Assembly: GCA_041662645.1 (NCBI GenBank)
Contig: JBAZSA010000001.1
Coordinates: 1 to 58,795, forward strand
DNA from: Desulfurivibrionaceae bacterium
GTDB taxonomy: Bacteria > Desulfobacterota > Desulfobulbia > Desulfobulbales > Desulfurivibrionaceae
Direction of reading: 5' to 3'
Length of the DNA: 58,795 bases
Below are positions 39,377 through 49,403 of this stretch, one piece after another. Position numbers and translations under genes: made by a program. Position 1 is the first letter of the stretch. Every line of letters begins with the position of its first letter. Under the pieces are notes generated by a model. That model made no database searches. It worked only from the letters and a program-made list of their open reading frames with translations, and was not told the origin of the DNA.

Positions 39377-40255
39377 ATGACGCACATCTCACAATTTTTA
39401 GGAGAAGAGGCTGATCTTGGCCCGGAAAAACGCATCGCCATCCTCTCGGCGCCGCTGGCCTCCTCGGTGAGCTGGCTGGGGGGCACGGAGCTTGGGCCGC
39501 AGGCGATCATCGATGCCTCTCCGGCCTTGGAGGTCTTTGACGACGAACTCCTGGCCGAGACCGTGCTGCTCGGCATTGCCACCAGGCCGGTGCCGGATTA
39601 CACGGGTCTTGCCGCAGCTGCGGCCTGCAAGCAGATTCAGGACGGTGTGGCCGCCGAGCTGGCAGAAGGGATGTTTCCGGTGCTGCTTGGCGGCGAGCAC
39701 ACCGTGACCGTGCCTGCGGTCAGGGCCTGCTTGGCGCAATACCCGGATCTGCATGTGGTGCAGATCGACGCCCACCTTGACCTGCGCGACCAGTATGAAG
39801 GCAACCCCGACAGCCATGCCTGCGTGATGCGGCGGCTCGCGGACTTGGGGGTCCCTTTCACCCAGGTCGGCATCCGTTCGTTTTCCAAGGAGGAATACGA
39901 ACTCGTCCAGGCCAGGGGCTGGCGCCCATTCTTCATGTCCCGTATCCATGCCGAACCGGATTGGATCGAGCAGGTCTGCGGTGGGATCAAGGGGCCGGTC
40001 TATTTTACCTGCGACGTGGACGGCCTGGACCCAGCGATCATGCCTGCCACCGGCACCCCGGAACCGGACGGCCTTACCTGGCGGGAAACCATTGGCCTGT
40101 TGCGGGCGCTTGCCAGCAGCCATCGCATCGTGGGCATGGATTTTGTCGAGTTTTCTCCGCGTCCCGGCGCGGAACATGCGGCCTTTACCGTGGCCAAGCT
40201 GATCTACCGGACCCTGGGGTATATTTTTCAGAGAAATACTGGCGCAAGGAAGTGA
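39377..40255 (+). CDS. speB: Agmatinase (ureohydrolase)
   Basis: LGGEH, DAHLD, SHA, DVDGLDP..PATGTPEP. Confidence 0.85.
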   Translation: MTHISQFLGEEADLGPEKRIAILSAPLASSVSWLGGTELGPQAIIDASPALEVFDDELLAETVLLGIATRPVPDYTGLAAAAACKQIQDGVAAELAEGMFPVLLGGEHTVTVPAVRACLAQYPDLHVVQIDAHLDLRDQYEGNPDSHACVMRRLADLGVPFTQVGIRSFSKEEYELVQARGWRPFFMSRIHAEPDWIEQVCGGIKGPVYFTCDVDGLDPAIMPATGTPEPDGLTWRETIGLLRALASSHRIVGMDFVEFSPRPGAEHAAFTVAKLIYRTLGYIFQRNTGARK

Positions 40256-40260
40256 TAAAA

Positions 40261-40680
40261 ATGAACGATATGTACGATGATATTTATAATGAGCAGCGAA
40301 TCTTTGACTGCCGGCAATGCGGCCATTGCTGCCATGGCGAAACCACGGTTTCCTTGACCCCTGACGACCTTGCGCGTCTGGTCGCATTTCTCCATATGCC
40401 GGTTGAGCAGGTTAAGGAACGGTATCTGCGAATCACCGGCAATGTGGTGCAGATGAAGACCGTGGACGGCCACTGTATCTTTTTTAACGAAGGCTGTACG
40501 GTGCATCCCGGCAAGCCGTGGCGTTGCACGCAATGGCCCCTGCACCCGAGCATCCTTGAAGATCAGGCCAATTTCGAGGCGATCAGGCAGTCCTGCCCCG
40601 GCATTAAGGGGGAGATGGGCTACGAGGAATTCAGGGCCAGGCTTGCGGCGATCCTTGCCCGGAAGCAGGCAGGGCGGTGA
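40261..40680 (+). CDS. YkgJ-family cysteine cluster protein
   Basis: CRQCGHCC...CIF...CTVH..KP..C..WP...CPG. Confidence 0.85.
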   Translation: MNDMYDDIYNEQRIFDCRQCGHCCHGETTVSLTPDDLARLVAFLHMPVEQVKERYLRITGNVVQMKTVDGHCIFFNEGCTVHPGKPWRCTQWPLHPSILEDQANFEAIRQSCPGIKGEMGYEEFRARLAAILARKQAGR

Positions 40681-41156
40681 AAATCATCCTCCCGCTTTTG
40701 GGTAAAACCAAGGAGCAGTACCTTGGCGCCGGAATCGATGATTTTGCCGTCCGGCTCAGGCGTTTTGTGCAGCTTGACCTGCCGGTGTTGAAGGAAAAAA
40801 AGAACGCGGCCAAGGAAGATACGGCGCGGCAGCAAAACGAGGAAGGGCAGATACTGCTTGGCAGTGTGTCGCAATCAGGCGGGGCAGCCAAGGTGGTCGC
40901 CCTGGCTCCGGCAGGCCAGCAGCTCAGCTCGGAAGAGCTGGCTGATTTGCTTTGCCGCTGGGAGGATCAAGGGGTGCGGGAGGTTGCCTTTTTGATCGGC
41001 GGCCCCACCGGCCTTGCCCCGGAGCTCATCCACAAGGCGGATTATGTGTTGTCGCTCTCGCGGATGACCTTTACCCACGAGATGGCCCGCTTGCTGGTGC
41101 TTGAGCAGCTGTACCGGGCTTTTTCCATCAAGGCCGGAACCGGGTATCATAAGTAA
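40677..41156 (+). CDS. rlmH: 23S rRNA pseudouridine-1915 methyltransferase
   Basis: SSEELA, FLIGGPTG, SLSRMTFTHEMARL..EQLYRA..YHK. Confidence 0.93.
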   Translation: MKIILPLLGKTKEQYLGAGIDDFAVRLRRFVQLDLPVLKEKKNAAKEDTARQQNEEGQILLGSVSQSGGAAKVVALAPAGQQLSSEELADLLCRWEDQGVREVAFLIGGPTGLAPELIHKADYVLSLSRMTFTHEMARLLVLEQLYRAFSIKAGTGYHK

Positions 41157-41175
41157 AGCAACAATCCCGGCCAGG

Positions 41176-41397
41176 TCAAACGGATTCCACGGAACGCACC
41201 TCCGGAACCTCGCCTTTCAAGAATTTTTCAATCCCGTTTTTAAGCGTATTCCTGGACATGGGGCATTCCTTGCAGGCGCCGGTCAGCTGGACCGTGACCA
41301 CCCCGTCCTTGCTCACATCAACCAGGGTCACATCGCCTCCGTCTGCCTGCAGCGTGGGGCGAATCTTTGCCAGAGCCGCCAGAATCCTGTCTCGCAT
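41176..41397 (-). CDS. NifU C-terminal/Nfu-type Fe-S scaffold
   Basis: IRPTLQADGGDV..LTGACKECPMS. Confidence 0.9.
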   Translation of the reverse strand: MRDRILAALAKIRPTLQADGGDVTLVDVSKDGVVTVQLTGACKECPMSRNTLKNGIEKFLKGEVPEVRSVESV

Positions 41398-41581
41398 TGT
41401 TATTCCTTAAGTGTGGTGTCAGGGTAAAAACGTACAACAATCTAACACAGCTCTGTCCTGCCGACAACGGTCAATCGGCAGCGAAACAACTATCCGGTTG
41501 CCGATTACCCGTTGCCGGATTATGATAGCTCTCCCGTTTTGTTCATGGCGAACAGGGGGGTTATCCCAACAAGGAGTCATA

Positions 41582-41965
41582 ATGAAAAAGGTCCATAAGG
41601 ATATTCAGGATGCGTCAAGTTTGGAGCTGGCTCGTTTTGCAGCCCTGGCAGCCCTGGATAAAAAAGCGGAGGACCTGGTCGTTCTTGATGTGCGGGGCCT
41701 GTCTTCCTTTACCGATTTTTTCGTCATCATGAGCGGGCGTTCCACCAGGCATGTGCAGGGGTTGGCGCAAGCGGTGGATGCGGCCCTGCGTCATAAAAAC
41801 GTCAAGGAAGGCAACACCGAGGGCCTTACTGAGGGGCATTGGGTTCTGCTTGATTATAATGATGTGGTCGTGCATATCTTTTATAGTGAAGACCGCAACT
41901 TCTACGACATTGAAGGGTTGTGGCACGACGCCCCCAGGGTGGAGATAGCCCCGGCAGCTGCCTGA
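41582..41965 (+). CDS. rsfS: Ribosome silencing factor
   Basis: DKKAEDLVVLD, WVLLDYNDVVVHIF, FYDIEGLW; AAGGAG RBS. Confidence 0.93.
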   Translation: MKKVHKDIQDASSLELARFAALAALDKKAEDLVVLDVRGLSSFTDFFVIMSGRSTRHVQGLAQAVDAALRHKNVKEGNTEGLTEGHWVLLDYNDVVVHIFYSEDRNFYDIEGLWHDAPRVEIAPAAA

Positions 41966-41991
41966 ACACGCACTACGGCCCAGGAGAAACA

Positions 41992-43554
41992 ATGAAGAAG
42001 ATCACGCCGGTATTGCTGGCCATTCTCGATGGTTGGGGGGTTGGGGAGCCGTGGGAGGGCAACGCCATCCATCTGGCCAAAATGCCCAACATGGACCGCT
42101 GGCAGGCCAGCCAGCCCGCCACGACCCTGGTTGCCCACAACGGCGCGGTGGGGCTGCCGGAAGGGCAGATGGGCAATTCCGAGGTGGGGCATCTCAACAT
42201 CGGCGCCGGCCGCATTGTCTACCAGGACTTTACCCGGATCAACCGGGATATCGAAACCGGGAATTTCTTTAAAAATGAGCCGCTGGCCAAGGTTTTCAGC
42301 CGTGCCGCCGAGCAGGGCACAGCGGTGCATCTGCTCGGGCTTGTTTCCGACGGCGGGGTGCACAGCCATATCCGCCATCTTGTCGCCCTGCTGGAAATGG
42401 CCAAGAAAATCGGGCATGCCAAGGTGTATGTCCACGCCTTCATGGATGGCCGCGACACCCCGCCCCAGAGCGGGGCAGGGTACATGGCCGAGCTTACCGG
42501 GGCTATATCGCGGATCGGCGTGGGCCGGGTCGCCTCGGTCAGCGGCCGCTATTACGCCATGGACCGCGACAACCGCTGGGATCGGGTTTCCCTGGCCTGG
42601 CAGGCCATGGTGGATGGCCAAGGCCAGCACACGGCCACGGACGCTGGCGAGGCCGTGACCGCAGCGTATGGGCGCGGCGAAACCGATGAGTTCATCAAGC
42701 CCACGGTTATCATGCATAATGGCCAGCAGGTGAGCACCATCAACGATGGGGATTCGGTCATCTTCTTCAATTTCCGGGCCGACCGGGCCAGGCAGATGAC
42801 CCATGCCTTTATCGACCAAGGATTTGCCGGGTTTCCGGTGCAGCGCCGTCCCCGTTTGGCCGAGTATCTCACCTTCACGGTGTATGAGAAGGATTTTGAT
42901 CTTCCCGTGGCCTTTCCGCCGGTCGCCCTCACCCATATCCTGGGAGAAGAGGTGAGCGGCCAGGGCTTAAGGCAGCTCCGCATCGCCGAGACGGAAAAAT
43001 ACGCCCATGTCACCTATTTTTTCAATGGCGGCCGCGAAGCTCCGTATCCTCTGGAAGACAGGGCCTTGCTCCCATCCCCCCGCGAGGTGGCTACTTACGA
43101 TCTTAAGCCCGAGATGAGCGCGGAGGCGGTGACCGGGGAGTTGCTGCGGAGGCTTGACGGCAACCCCTACAGTCTGGTGGTGCTCAACTTTGCCAACTGC
43201 GACATGGTGGGACATACCGGGATCATGGCCGCGGCCATTACCGCAGTGGAGACCGTGGACAGGTGTATCGGCCGGGTGGCGGAGCGTTTCACGGCACTTG
43301 GCGGGGTGGTGCTTGTCACCGCGGACCACGGCAATGCCGAGGTCATGATCAATAAAAAAACCGGCGGCCCGGTGACATCGCATTCCACCAACCCGGTGCC
43401 CTTGGTCATGCTCGGCGCCCAGCCGGGTCTTGGCCTTAAGGATGGCGGCACCCTGACCAACATCGCTCCCACCATCCTCGACCTGATGGGGCTGCCCATC
43501 CCGGCAGAGATGGAAAGCACCAGCCTGCTTGTACAGAACAAAGCTGTAAGCTGA
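41992..43554 (+). CDS. gpmI: Cofactor-independent phosphoglycerate mutase
   Basis: ILDGWG, GNSEVGH, DGRD, GRYYAMDRD, AETEKYAHVT, DMVGH, TADHGN. Confidence 0.97.
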   Translation: MKKITPVLLAILDGWGVGEPWEGNAIHLAKMPNMDRWQASQPATTLVAHNGAVGLPEGQMGNSEVGHLNIGAGRIVYQDFTRINRDIETGNFFKNEPLAKVFSRAAEQGTAVHLLGLVSDGGVHSHIRHLVALLEMAKKIGHAKVYVHAFMDGRDTPPQSGAGYMAELTGAISRIGVGRVASVSGRYYAMDRDNRWDRVSLAWQAMVDGQGQHTATDAGEAVTAAYGRGETDEFIKPTVIMHNGQQVSTINDGDSVIFFNFRADRARQMTHAFIDQGFAGFPVQRRPRLAEYLTFTVYEKDFDLPVAFPPVALTHILGEEVSGQGLRQLRIAETEKYAHVTYFFNGGREAPYPLEDRALLPSPREVATYDLKPEMSAEAVTGELLRRLDGNPYSLVVLNFANCDMVGHTGIMAAAITAVETVDRCIGRVAERFTALGGVVLVTADHGNAEVMINKKTGGPVTSHSTNPVPLVMLGAQPGLGLKDGGTLTNIAPTILDLMGLPIPAEMESTSLLVQNKAVS

Positions 43555-43569
43555 GAGCTGACAGCTGAT
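43542..43569 (+). repeat. Heptamer tandem repeat (AGCTGNN)x4
   Basis: AGCTGTA AGCTGAG AGCTGAC AGCTGAT spanning the gpmI stop. Confidence 0.7.
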
Positions 43570-43588
43570 AACCAAAAGGTAATCTGCA

Positions 43589-44980
43589 ATGCAATACATC
43601 AGTACTCGGGGCGGCATCGCCCCCGTATCCTTCAAGCAGGCCGTGATGATGGGCCTTGCCACCGATGGCGGTCTGCTGCTGCCCACCTCGATTCCCGAGA
43701 TTTCCGATGAAACCCTGGCCCAGTGGCGGCAGATGAGCTATCCGGAGCTGGCAACAGCCGTGCTTGGCCTTTTCATCGATGATATTCCGGCCGACGACCT
43801 GCGCGACCTCGTGGCACGATCGTACCAAACCTTCAACCACCCGGAGATTGCCCCGCTGGTCAAGCAGGGCGACTGCTACATCCTGGAGCTGTTCTACGGG
43901 CCGACCCTGGCCTTCAAGGACGTGGCCCTGCAATTTTTGGGCAATGTCTTTGAATATCTGCTCAAGGAATCCGGCGGCAAGATGAACATCCTCGGCGCCA
44001 CCTCCGGCGATACCGGGAGCGCCGCGATCTACGGGGTGCGCGGTAAGGAGCGGATCAACATCTTCATTCTCCACCCCCACAAGCGGGTCAGCCCCATTCA
44101 GGAATTGCAGATGACCACGGTCACCGACGCCAACGTCTTCAATCTGGCGGTGCGCGGCACCTTTGACGACGGGCAGGCAATAGTCAAGACCATCTTCAAC
44201 GATCTGGAGTTCAAGGAAAAGCACCAGCTGGGCGCGGTCAATTCCATCAACTGGGCCCGGATTGTCGCCCAGGTTGTCTACTACATCTATGCCGCGCTCA
44301 AGATTACCGCAAGCGAAGGAGTTCCTAAGGTCGATTTCTCGGTGCCCACCGGCAATTTCGGCGATATCTTCGCAGGCTTTGTGGCCCGCCGCATGCTGCC
44401 CAATCAGATCCGCAACCTGATTTTGGCCACCAACGAGAACAACCTGCTGACCCGTTTTATCTTAAACGGCGATTATTCCCTGGGCGCGGTGGCGCAAACC
44501 TCAAGCCCCTCCATGGATATCCAGGTGGCCAGCAATTTCGAGCGGTATCTCTACTACTTAAACGGCGAGGATGCCGGCCGGACCTGCCAGGACATGGACC
44601 GTTTCGCAGCCAGCGGCAGCCTCCAGTTCGATGAGCTTGCCCAGGAGCGGGTGCGGGCGGATTTTGCCTCGCGCAGCGTCAACGAAGAGGAAACCATTGC
44701 CACCATCCGTGACTTTTACCAGCAGCATGGCTATGTGCTCGACCCGCATACCGCGGTGGGGGTCAAGGCCGGCCTGGCAGGCCGGGAACCGGGGGTGCCG
44801 ATGATCTGCCTGGCCACTGCCCATCCGGCCAAGTTCGGCGCGGCTGTTGAGCGCGCCATCGGCCATGAGCCGGAGTTGCCGGCAAGCCTTGCCGCGCTGG
44901 CTGGCAAGGAAACCCGCTGCGAGGTGATGGCAGCTGAGGTCGCGGCGGTGCAGGCGTTTGTCGAGCAGCACGCCCTGTAG
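43589..44980 (+). CDS. thrC: Threonine synthase
   Basis: YISTRG, GPTLAFKD (PLP Lys), ATSGDTGSA, NSINWAR, VPTGNFG, TAHPAKF. Confidence 0.95.
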   Translation: MQYISTRGGIAPVSFKQAVMMGLATDGGLLLPTSIPEISDETLAQWRQMSYPELATAVLGLFIDDIPADDLRDLVARSYQTFNHPEIAPLVKQGDCYILELFYGPTLAFKDVALQFLGNVFEYLLKESGGKMNILGATSGDTGSAAIYGVRGKERINIFILHPHKRVSPIQELQMTTVTDANVFNLAVRGTFDDGQAIVKTIFNDLEFKEKHQLGAVNSINWARIVAQVVYYIYAALKITASEGVPKVDFSVPTGNFGDIFAGFVARRMLPNQIRNLILATNENNLLTRFILNGDYSLGAVAQTSSPSMDIQVASNFERYLYYLNGEDAGRTCQDMDRFAASGSLQFDELAQERVRADFASRSVNEEETIATIRDFYQQHGYVLDPHTAVGVKAGLAGREPGVPMICLATAHPAKFGAAVERAIGHEPELPASLAALAGKETRCEVMAAEVAAVQAFVEQHAL

Positions 44981-45059
44981 TTTTTCTGAGAAAGTGATTT
45001 TTTTAGTTTAGCATTAGGAACAGTGTTGTTTCTCTGTTGCGACATTACGTGTCGATGGA

Positions 45060-46178
45060 GTGGTCGTTGAAAGCAAGGCAGCGGAAAGTCCGCTGAACGA
45101 GGCCTCCGTGAATCGAACAGAACTCCTGCAATTTTTAGACAAGATAGATCTGTTTCACTTCTTTTCCAGCGAAGAGCTTACTGCCTTTTTGGAAAAAGCT
45201 GTGGAAGTGCAAGCAGCCAAGGGGGTTGTCCTTTTTCACGAAGGCGACTCCGGCCAGGAGATGTATATTGTAGTGCGGGGAATGATCAAGATCTTTCGCG
45301 GCAACCGGGTGATTGATATCGTCAAGTCCGGTGACTATTTCGGCGAAATGGCCATCATCGAGAACCAGCCCCGGTCCGCCAGCGTAGCAGCCTTGGAAGA
45401 TTCTCTTCTTCTTCAGGTTCCCCTAGCCGTTTTTCATGAGTATTTTTCTCGCCAGCCCAAATCGCTGGTCGCCATGATGCGCACTCTGAGCCAGCGGATC
45501 CGGCGCGATCTTGCAATTCTCGGACACGAGTATGAGCAAATCAATATCATGGTCCATGATATGAAAAATTTGCTCACCCCCTTTCACCTGCTGGAGATTA
45601 TGGAGCGAACCGTTCCAGGGCTTGCCGGGAACAGATATCTTGCCTGCATGGTCAAGGCCCGGGTGGATCTCCTCGTCCTCATGGAAAATGCCCTGGCTCA
45701 GGCCCGGCGACATCATGTCGAAACTCCGATCCATGTCGCATCCCTGGACCAGTTGATCGTTGATTTGCAAGAATCGGCTTGGATGATCCATCCGGAGATC
45801 GGCGGTCGTGATATTCGGGTAGAGGTGACTGGCAGTCTGCCGGAATTCCCCTTCTCTTCGCTCGGCCTCTGCCGGGTGCTTTCAAACCTGGTGCTCAATG
45901 CCGCCCAGGCCAGTGAAGCAGGAGGGCGCATCAACATTGCTCTTTCCCGCGAGGGAGAGGAGGCGGTGGTCAAGATCATTGATCATGGTCACGGCATTCC
46001 CAAGGAGGTGCTGGACAAAATTTTCCAGCCCCATTTTACCACCAAGGCCGATGGCAACGGGATCGGACTTATCTCCTGCAAGCAGATCATCGAAGAGACC
46101 CATCGCGGCAGTCTCACCTTTGAGTCCACGCCCGGTCAGGGCGCCACCTTCACCATCCGCCTTCCATTCTCCATTTGA
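45060..46178 (+). CDS. Soluble histidine kinase with N-terminal cyclic-nucleotide-binding domain
   Basis: FGEMAI..PRSAS; H-box HDMKN; NLVLNA, DHGHGI, FTTK, GNGIGL; start uncertain. Confidence 0.85.
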   Translation: MVVESKAAESPLNEASVNRTELLQFLDKIDLFHFFSSEELTAFLEKAVEVQAAKGVVLFHEGDSGQEMYIVVRGMIKIFRGNRVIDIVKSGDYFGEMAIIENQPRSASVAALEDSLLLQVPLAVFHEYFSRQPKSLVAMMRTLSQRIRRDLAILGHEYEQINIMVHDMKNLLTPFHLLEIMERTVPGLAGNRYLACMVKARVDLLVLMENALAQARRHHVETPIHVASLDQLIVDLQESAWMIHPEIGGRDIRVEVTGSLPEFPFSSLGLCRVLSNLVLNAAQASEAGGRINIALSREGEEAVVKIIDHGHGIPKEVLDKIFQPHFTTKADGNGIGLISCKQIIEETHRGSLTFESTPGQGATFTIRLPFSI

Positions 46179-46286
46179 ATCGGGTAAACAATTGCATTCA
46201 AGAGTTGTTGGCCGGGGTGCATACCTCCGCCAACCTCTTGTTTGTGCCGGTATTTTGTTGCCTCATAAATCAATCAGCAAGGGCGG

Positions 46287-47117
46287 ATGGCGATGGAAAG
46301 TTTCAAGCAACGGGTCGATGAGGCGGTCAGGTTTTTGCGGGATCGCATGCTGGAGGTCCCGGAGATTGTTCTGGTGCTGGGCACCGGCCTCAGCGGCCTG
46401 GGAGAACGGATTGACTCGCCGGTTATCCTGCCCTATGCGGAAATTCCAAATTTTCCCAAGGCAACCGTGGCCAGCCATGCCGGAAATCTTATCTTCGGCA
46501 GGCTCTGCGGCAAGCCGGTGGCTGTGTTGCAGGGCAGGTTCCATTATTACGAGGGGTATTCGGCCCGCGAGCTGACCATGCCGATCCGGGTCCTTTCCCT
46601 GATCGGCGCGAAAACCCTTATCGTTTCCAATTCGGCAGGAGGCCTCAACCCGGCTTTTGCACCCGGCACCTTGATGGTGGTGCGCGACCATCTGAACCTC
46701 ATCCCGGACAATCCCCTGCGCGGACCCAATGTGGATGCTTGGGGACCACGTTTCCCCGACCTTTCCGCTCCCTATGACCGGCGGTTAATCGACACGGCCC
46801 TGGCCTGCGCGGCCAAGGAGCAGATCGACCGGGTCACCACCGGCGTCTATGTGGCCATCCCCGGGCCCAGCCTGGAAACCCCGGCGGAAACCCGCTATCT
46901 CAGGCAATGCGGCGCCGATGGTGTGGGCATGTCCACCGTGCCCGAGGTGATCGTCGCCATCCATGCCGGGATGCGGGTCTTGGGGCTATCGGTGGTGGCA
47001 AATGTCAACGATCCGGATAATCTCAAGCCCATCCTTCTGGAAGAGATTATTGAAGAAACCAGAAGGGCAGAAGACCGGTTGTCGCGGCTGCTTCTCGCGA
47101 TTTTGCCCGAGATTTAG
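46287..47117 (+). CDS. punA: Purine nucleoside phosphorylase (trimeric type)
   Basis: LGTGL, HAG, QGRFHYYEG, GPSLETPAE, GMSTVPE. Confidence 0.9.
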   Translation: MAMESFKQRVDEAVRFLRDRMLEVPEIVLVLGTGLSGLGERIDSPVILPYAEIPNFPKATVASHAGNLIFGRLCGKPVAVLQGRFHYYEGYSARELTMPIRVLSLIGAKTLIVSNSAGGLNPAFAPGTLMVVRDHLNLIPDNPLRGPNVDAWGPRFPDLSAPYDRRLIDTALACAAKEQIDRVTTGVYVAIPGPSLETPAETRYLRQCGADGVGMSTVPEVIVAIHAGMRVLGLSVVANVNDPDNLKPILLEEIIEETRRAEDRLSRLLLAILPEI

Positions 47118-47140
47118 GGAAACGTCCAGGAGGATAGACC

Positions 47141-47195
47141 GAAGGTTGAAGGTTTTTTTTGCTATATTTCAGCCTTCAGCCTTCAACCTTCAACC
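47141..47195. repeat. Inverted heptamer tandem repeats
   Basis: (GAAGGTT)x2 ... (TTCAGCC)x2 (TTCAACC)x2. Confidence 0.7.
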
Positions 47196-47233
47196 TAGAT
47201 AGCCAGGTAGTTACGAGATATAAAAGGAAAGCC

Positions 47234-48565
47234 ATGAACACCAAACCAACTCTGCTGGTCTGCGGTCAGATTCTGACCCTGGACTCAAACAACACCGTGT
47301 TCGAAGACGGCGGTGTGGCCATTGCCGGAGATACCATTGTCGAGGTGGGGGAACGGACGGCTTTGTGCAGCAAGTACCCAGGGGTGGAGCAGCTTGCCCA
47401 GCCCCACGGCCTGGTTATGCCCGGCCTGGTCAACAGCCATACCCATGCGGCCATGGCCTGTTTCCGGGGGCTGGCCGATGACCTGCCCCTGATGACCTGG
47501 CTCACTGAGTACATCTTTCCGGTGGAGGGGAACCTCAACCCCGAGATGGTCTATCAGTCCTCCCTGCTCTCCATGGCCGAGATGATCAAGTCCGGCACCA
47601 CCAGCTTCTGCGACATGTATCTCTTTGCCAAGGAGGTGGCCCGCGCCACGGCGGATTCCGGGATGCGCGGCTGGCTGGGCGAGGTGCTGTACGATTTTCC
47701 CTCGCCCAACTACGGCGAGCCCGAAAACGGCATCGCCTATCTGGAAGAGCTGATGGGTGAGTACCGCAATCATCCGCTCATCTCCATCACCGTTGATCCG
47801 CATGCCGTGTACACCTGCTCCCCGGATCTGCTCAAACGCCTCAAGGGTGTGGCGGAAAAGCACGGGGGAGCCTATGTGATCCACCTCTCCGAATCCAGGG
47901 ACGAGGTGGAGGGGTGCCGGGCCAAATACGGGCACACACCGGTCATGCATCTTGACTCCTTGGGAATCCTCGATGGTCAGGTGGTGGCGGACCATTGCGT
48001 GGTGTTGACCGAGCCGGAGATCAACCTTCTCGCCGAGCGGGGCGTCAAGGTGGCCCATTGCCCGGAAAGCAATATGAAGCTTGCCTCGGGTGTGGCCCCG
48101 GTGGTGGAGCTGCTGGCGGCCGGGGTCACGGTGGGGTTGGGCACCGACGGCGCGGCCAGCAACAACGATGTGGACATGTTCGGCGAGATGGACACTGCCG
48201 CCAAGCTGCACAAGGTGCATCGGCTCGACCCCACGGTGATGAGCGCCGAGACTACCCTGCGCATGGCCACCTTGGGCGGCGCCAAGCTGCTGGGGGCGGA
48301 AAGCCAGATCGGCAGCCTGGAACCGGGGAAAAAGGGCGATCTCATTGTGCTGGATATGAACAAGCCGCATCTGACCCCGATGTACAACATCCCCTCACAT
48401 CTGGTTTACGCGGCGACAGGAAGTGATGTGGTGCATTCGGTGATCAACGGCCGGGTGGTGATGCGGGACAGACGGCTGCTCACCATGGACGAGGATGCGG
48501 TGCTGGACAGGCTACGCGAGATCGGTGCGCGGATCGCCGGGATGGTCAGGCCGGAGCGGCGATGA
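47234..48565 (+). CDS. mtaD: MTA/SAH (5'-deoxyadenosine) deaminase family amidohydrolase
   Basis: HTHAAM..RGLADD, PHAVYT, HLSE, HCPESNMKLASG, GTDGAASNN; next to PNP. Confidence 0.8.
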   Translation: MNTKPTLLVCGQILTLDSNNTVFEDGGVAIAGDTIVEVGERTALCSKYPGVEQLAQPHGLVMPGLVNSHTHAAMACFRGLADDLPLMTWLTEYIFPVEGNLNPEMVYQSSLLSMAEMIKSGTTSFCDMYLFAKEVARATADSGMRGWLGEVLYDFPSPNYGEPENGIAYLEELMGEYRNHPLISITVDPHAVYTCSPDLLKRLKGVAEKHGGAYVIHLSESRDEVEGCRAKYGHTPVMHLDSLGILDGQVVADHCVVLTEPEINLLAERGVKVAHCPESNMKLASGVAPVVELLAAGVTVGLGTDGAASNNDVDMFGEMDTAAKLHKVHRLDPTVMSAETTLRMATLGGAKLLGAESQIGSLEPGKKGDLIVLDMNKPHLTPMYNIPSHLVYAATGSDVVHSVINGRVVMRDRRLLTMDEDAVLDRLREIGARIAGMVRPERR

Positions 48566-48706
48566 ACCGTTTCCGGGAAAATGGAGAAAGGGAGCGGGAG
48601 AAGTCCCTTGGTGCGGCATGTCGAGTTGTCTGTCTACGACGATGACGACCCGGGTGAGTTGTATGGCGAAGGGTATTCCTTTTCAGGAAATACCCTTCGC
48701 CGCGTT

Positions 48707-49024
48707 TTAAAACGTTTTCAGGATATACTCGGCGATCGCCTTGGCGTCACTGTCAGGCAGGATGTTGGCATCGAACTTCGACATGGCCGGCCCAGGATTG
48801 CGCATCTTGCCGATGATCGCCTCCACGGTGTTGACCTTATTGGCCTCCCGAGTTGCCTTGTGCAGAGATTTTTGAGGGTTGATGATGTTGCCGCCGTTTG
48901 CATGGCAGGCACTGCAACGTTGCTTAAAGAGCTCTTCCCCGTTGGCCGCCTGTGCGGTATTCGCCGTTGGTATCCACAGGCAAGCGGCTGACAGGGCAAG
49001 TGCAAGGGTAACAACTTTCTTCAT
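48707..49024 (-). CDS. Periplasmic monoheme cytochrome c (c6/c553-like)
   Basis: Signal peptide, CSACHANGGN, distal GPAM. Confidence 0.88.
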   Translation of the reverse strand: MKKVVTLALALSAACLWIPTANTAQAANGEELFKQRCSACHANGGNIINPQKSLHKATREANKVNTVEAIIGKMRNPGPAMSKFDANILPDSDAKAIAEYILKTF

Positions 49025-49050
49025 GTTCAGAAGCCTCATCTGTTAAAGGT

Positions 49051-49395
49051 TTATTTCTCGCCGGTCCCGTATTGTGCGGCAAGATAGCTGCTGATGGTCT
49101 TGGCGTCTTCTTCGTTGATCGGCGCGCCAAACACCTTGATCATCTTATGGACTTCGTTATCCCAAGTTTTCGCCGATAGGCGGGGCTGCATGGGAATGTA
49201 GTCGGGGCTGTGGCAGATGGCACAGAAGATCATCACCTTGTCTTTGCCTGCTCCCTCTTTCAGTTCGGGCGGAATTGTCGGCAGGGTGATCGAGTGCACA
49301 GACCCCGTTCCCTCGGCCTGCGCCAGCGGGACATGATGCTGAACAAGGAACACGGTCGCCGATATTAGCATGACGAATACGATGATTTTTTTCAT
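49051..49395 (-). CDS. sorB: SorB-like monoheme cytochrome c
   Basis: Signal peptide, CAICHSPDYI..QP..W..EVHKMIKVFGAPI; follows the sorA-like gene. Confidence 0.75.
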   Translation of the reverse strand: MKKIIVFVMLISATVFLVQHHVPLAQAEGTGSVHSITLPTIPPELKEGAGKDKVMIFCAICHSPDYIPMQPRLSAKTWDNEVHKMIKVFGAPINEEDAKTISSYLAAQYGTGEK

Positions 49396-49403
49396 GTTCC
49401 CTC

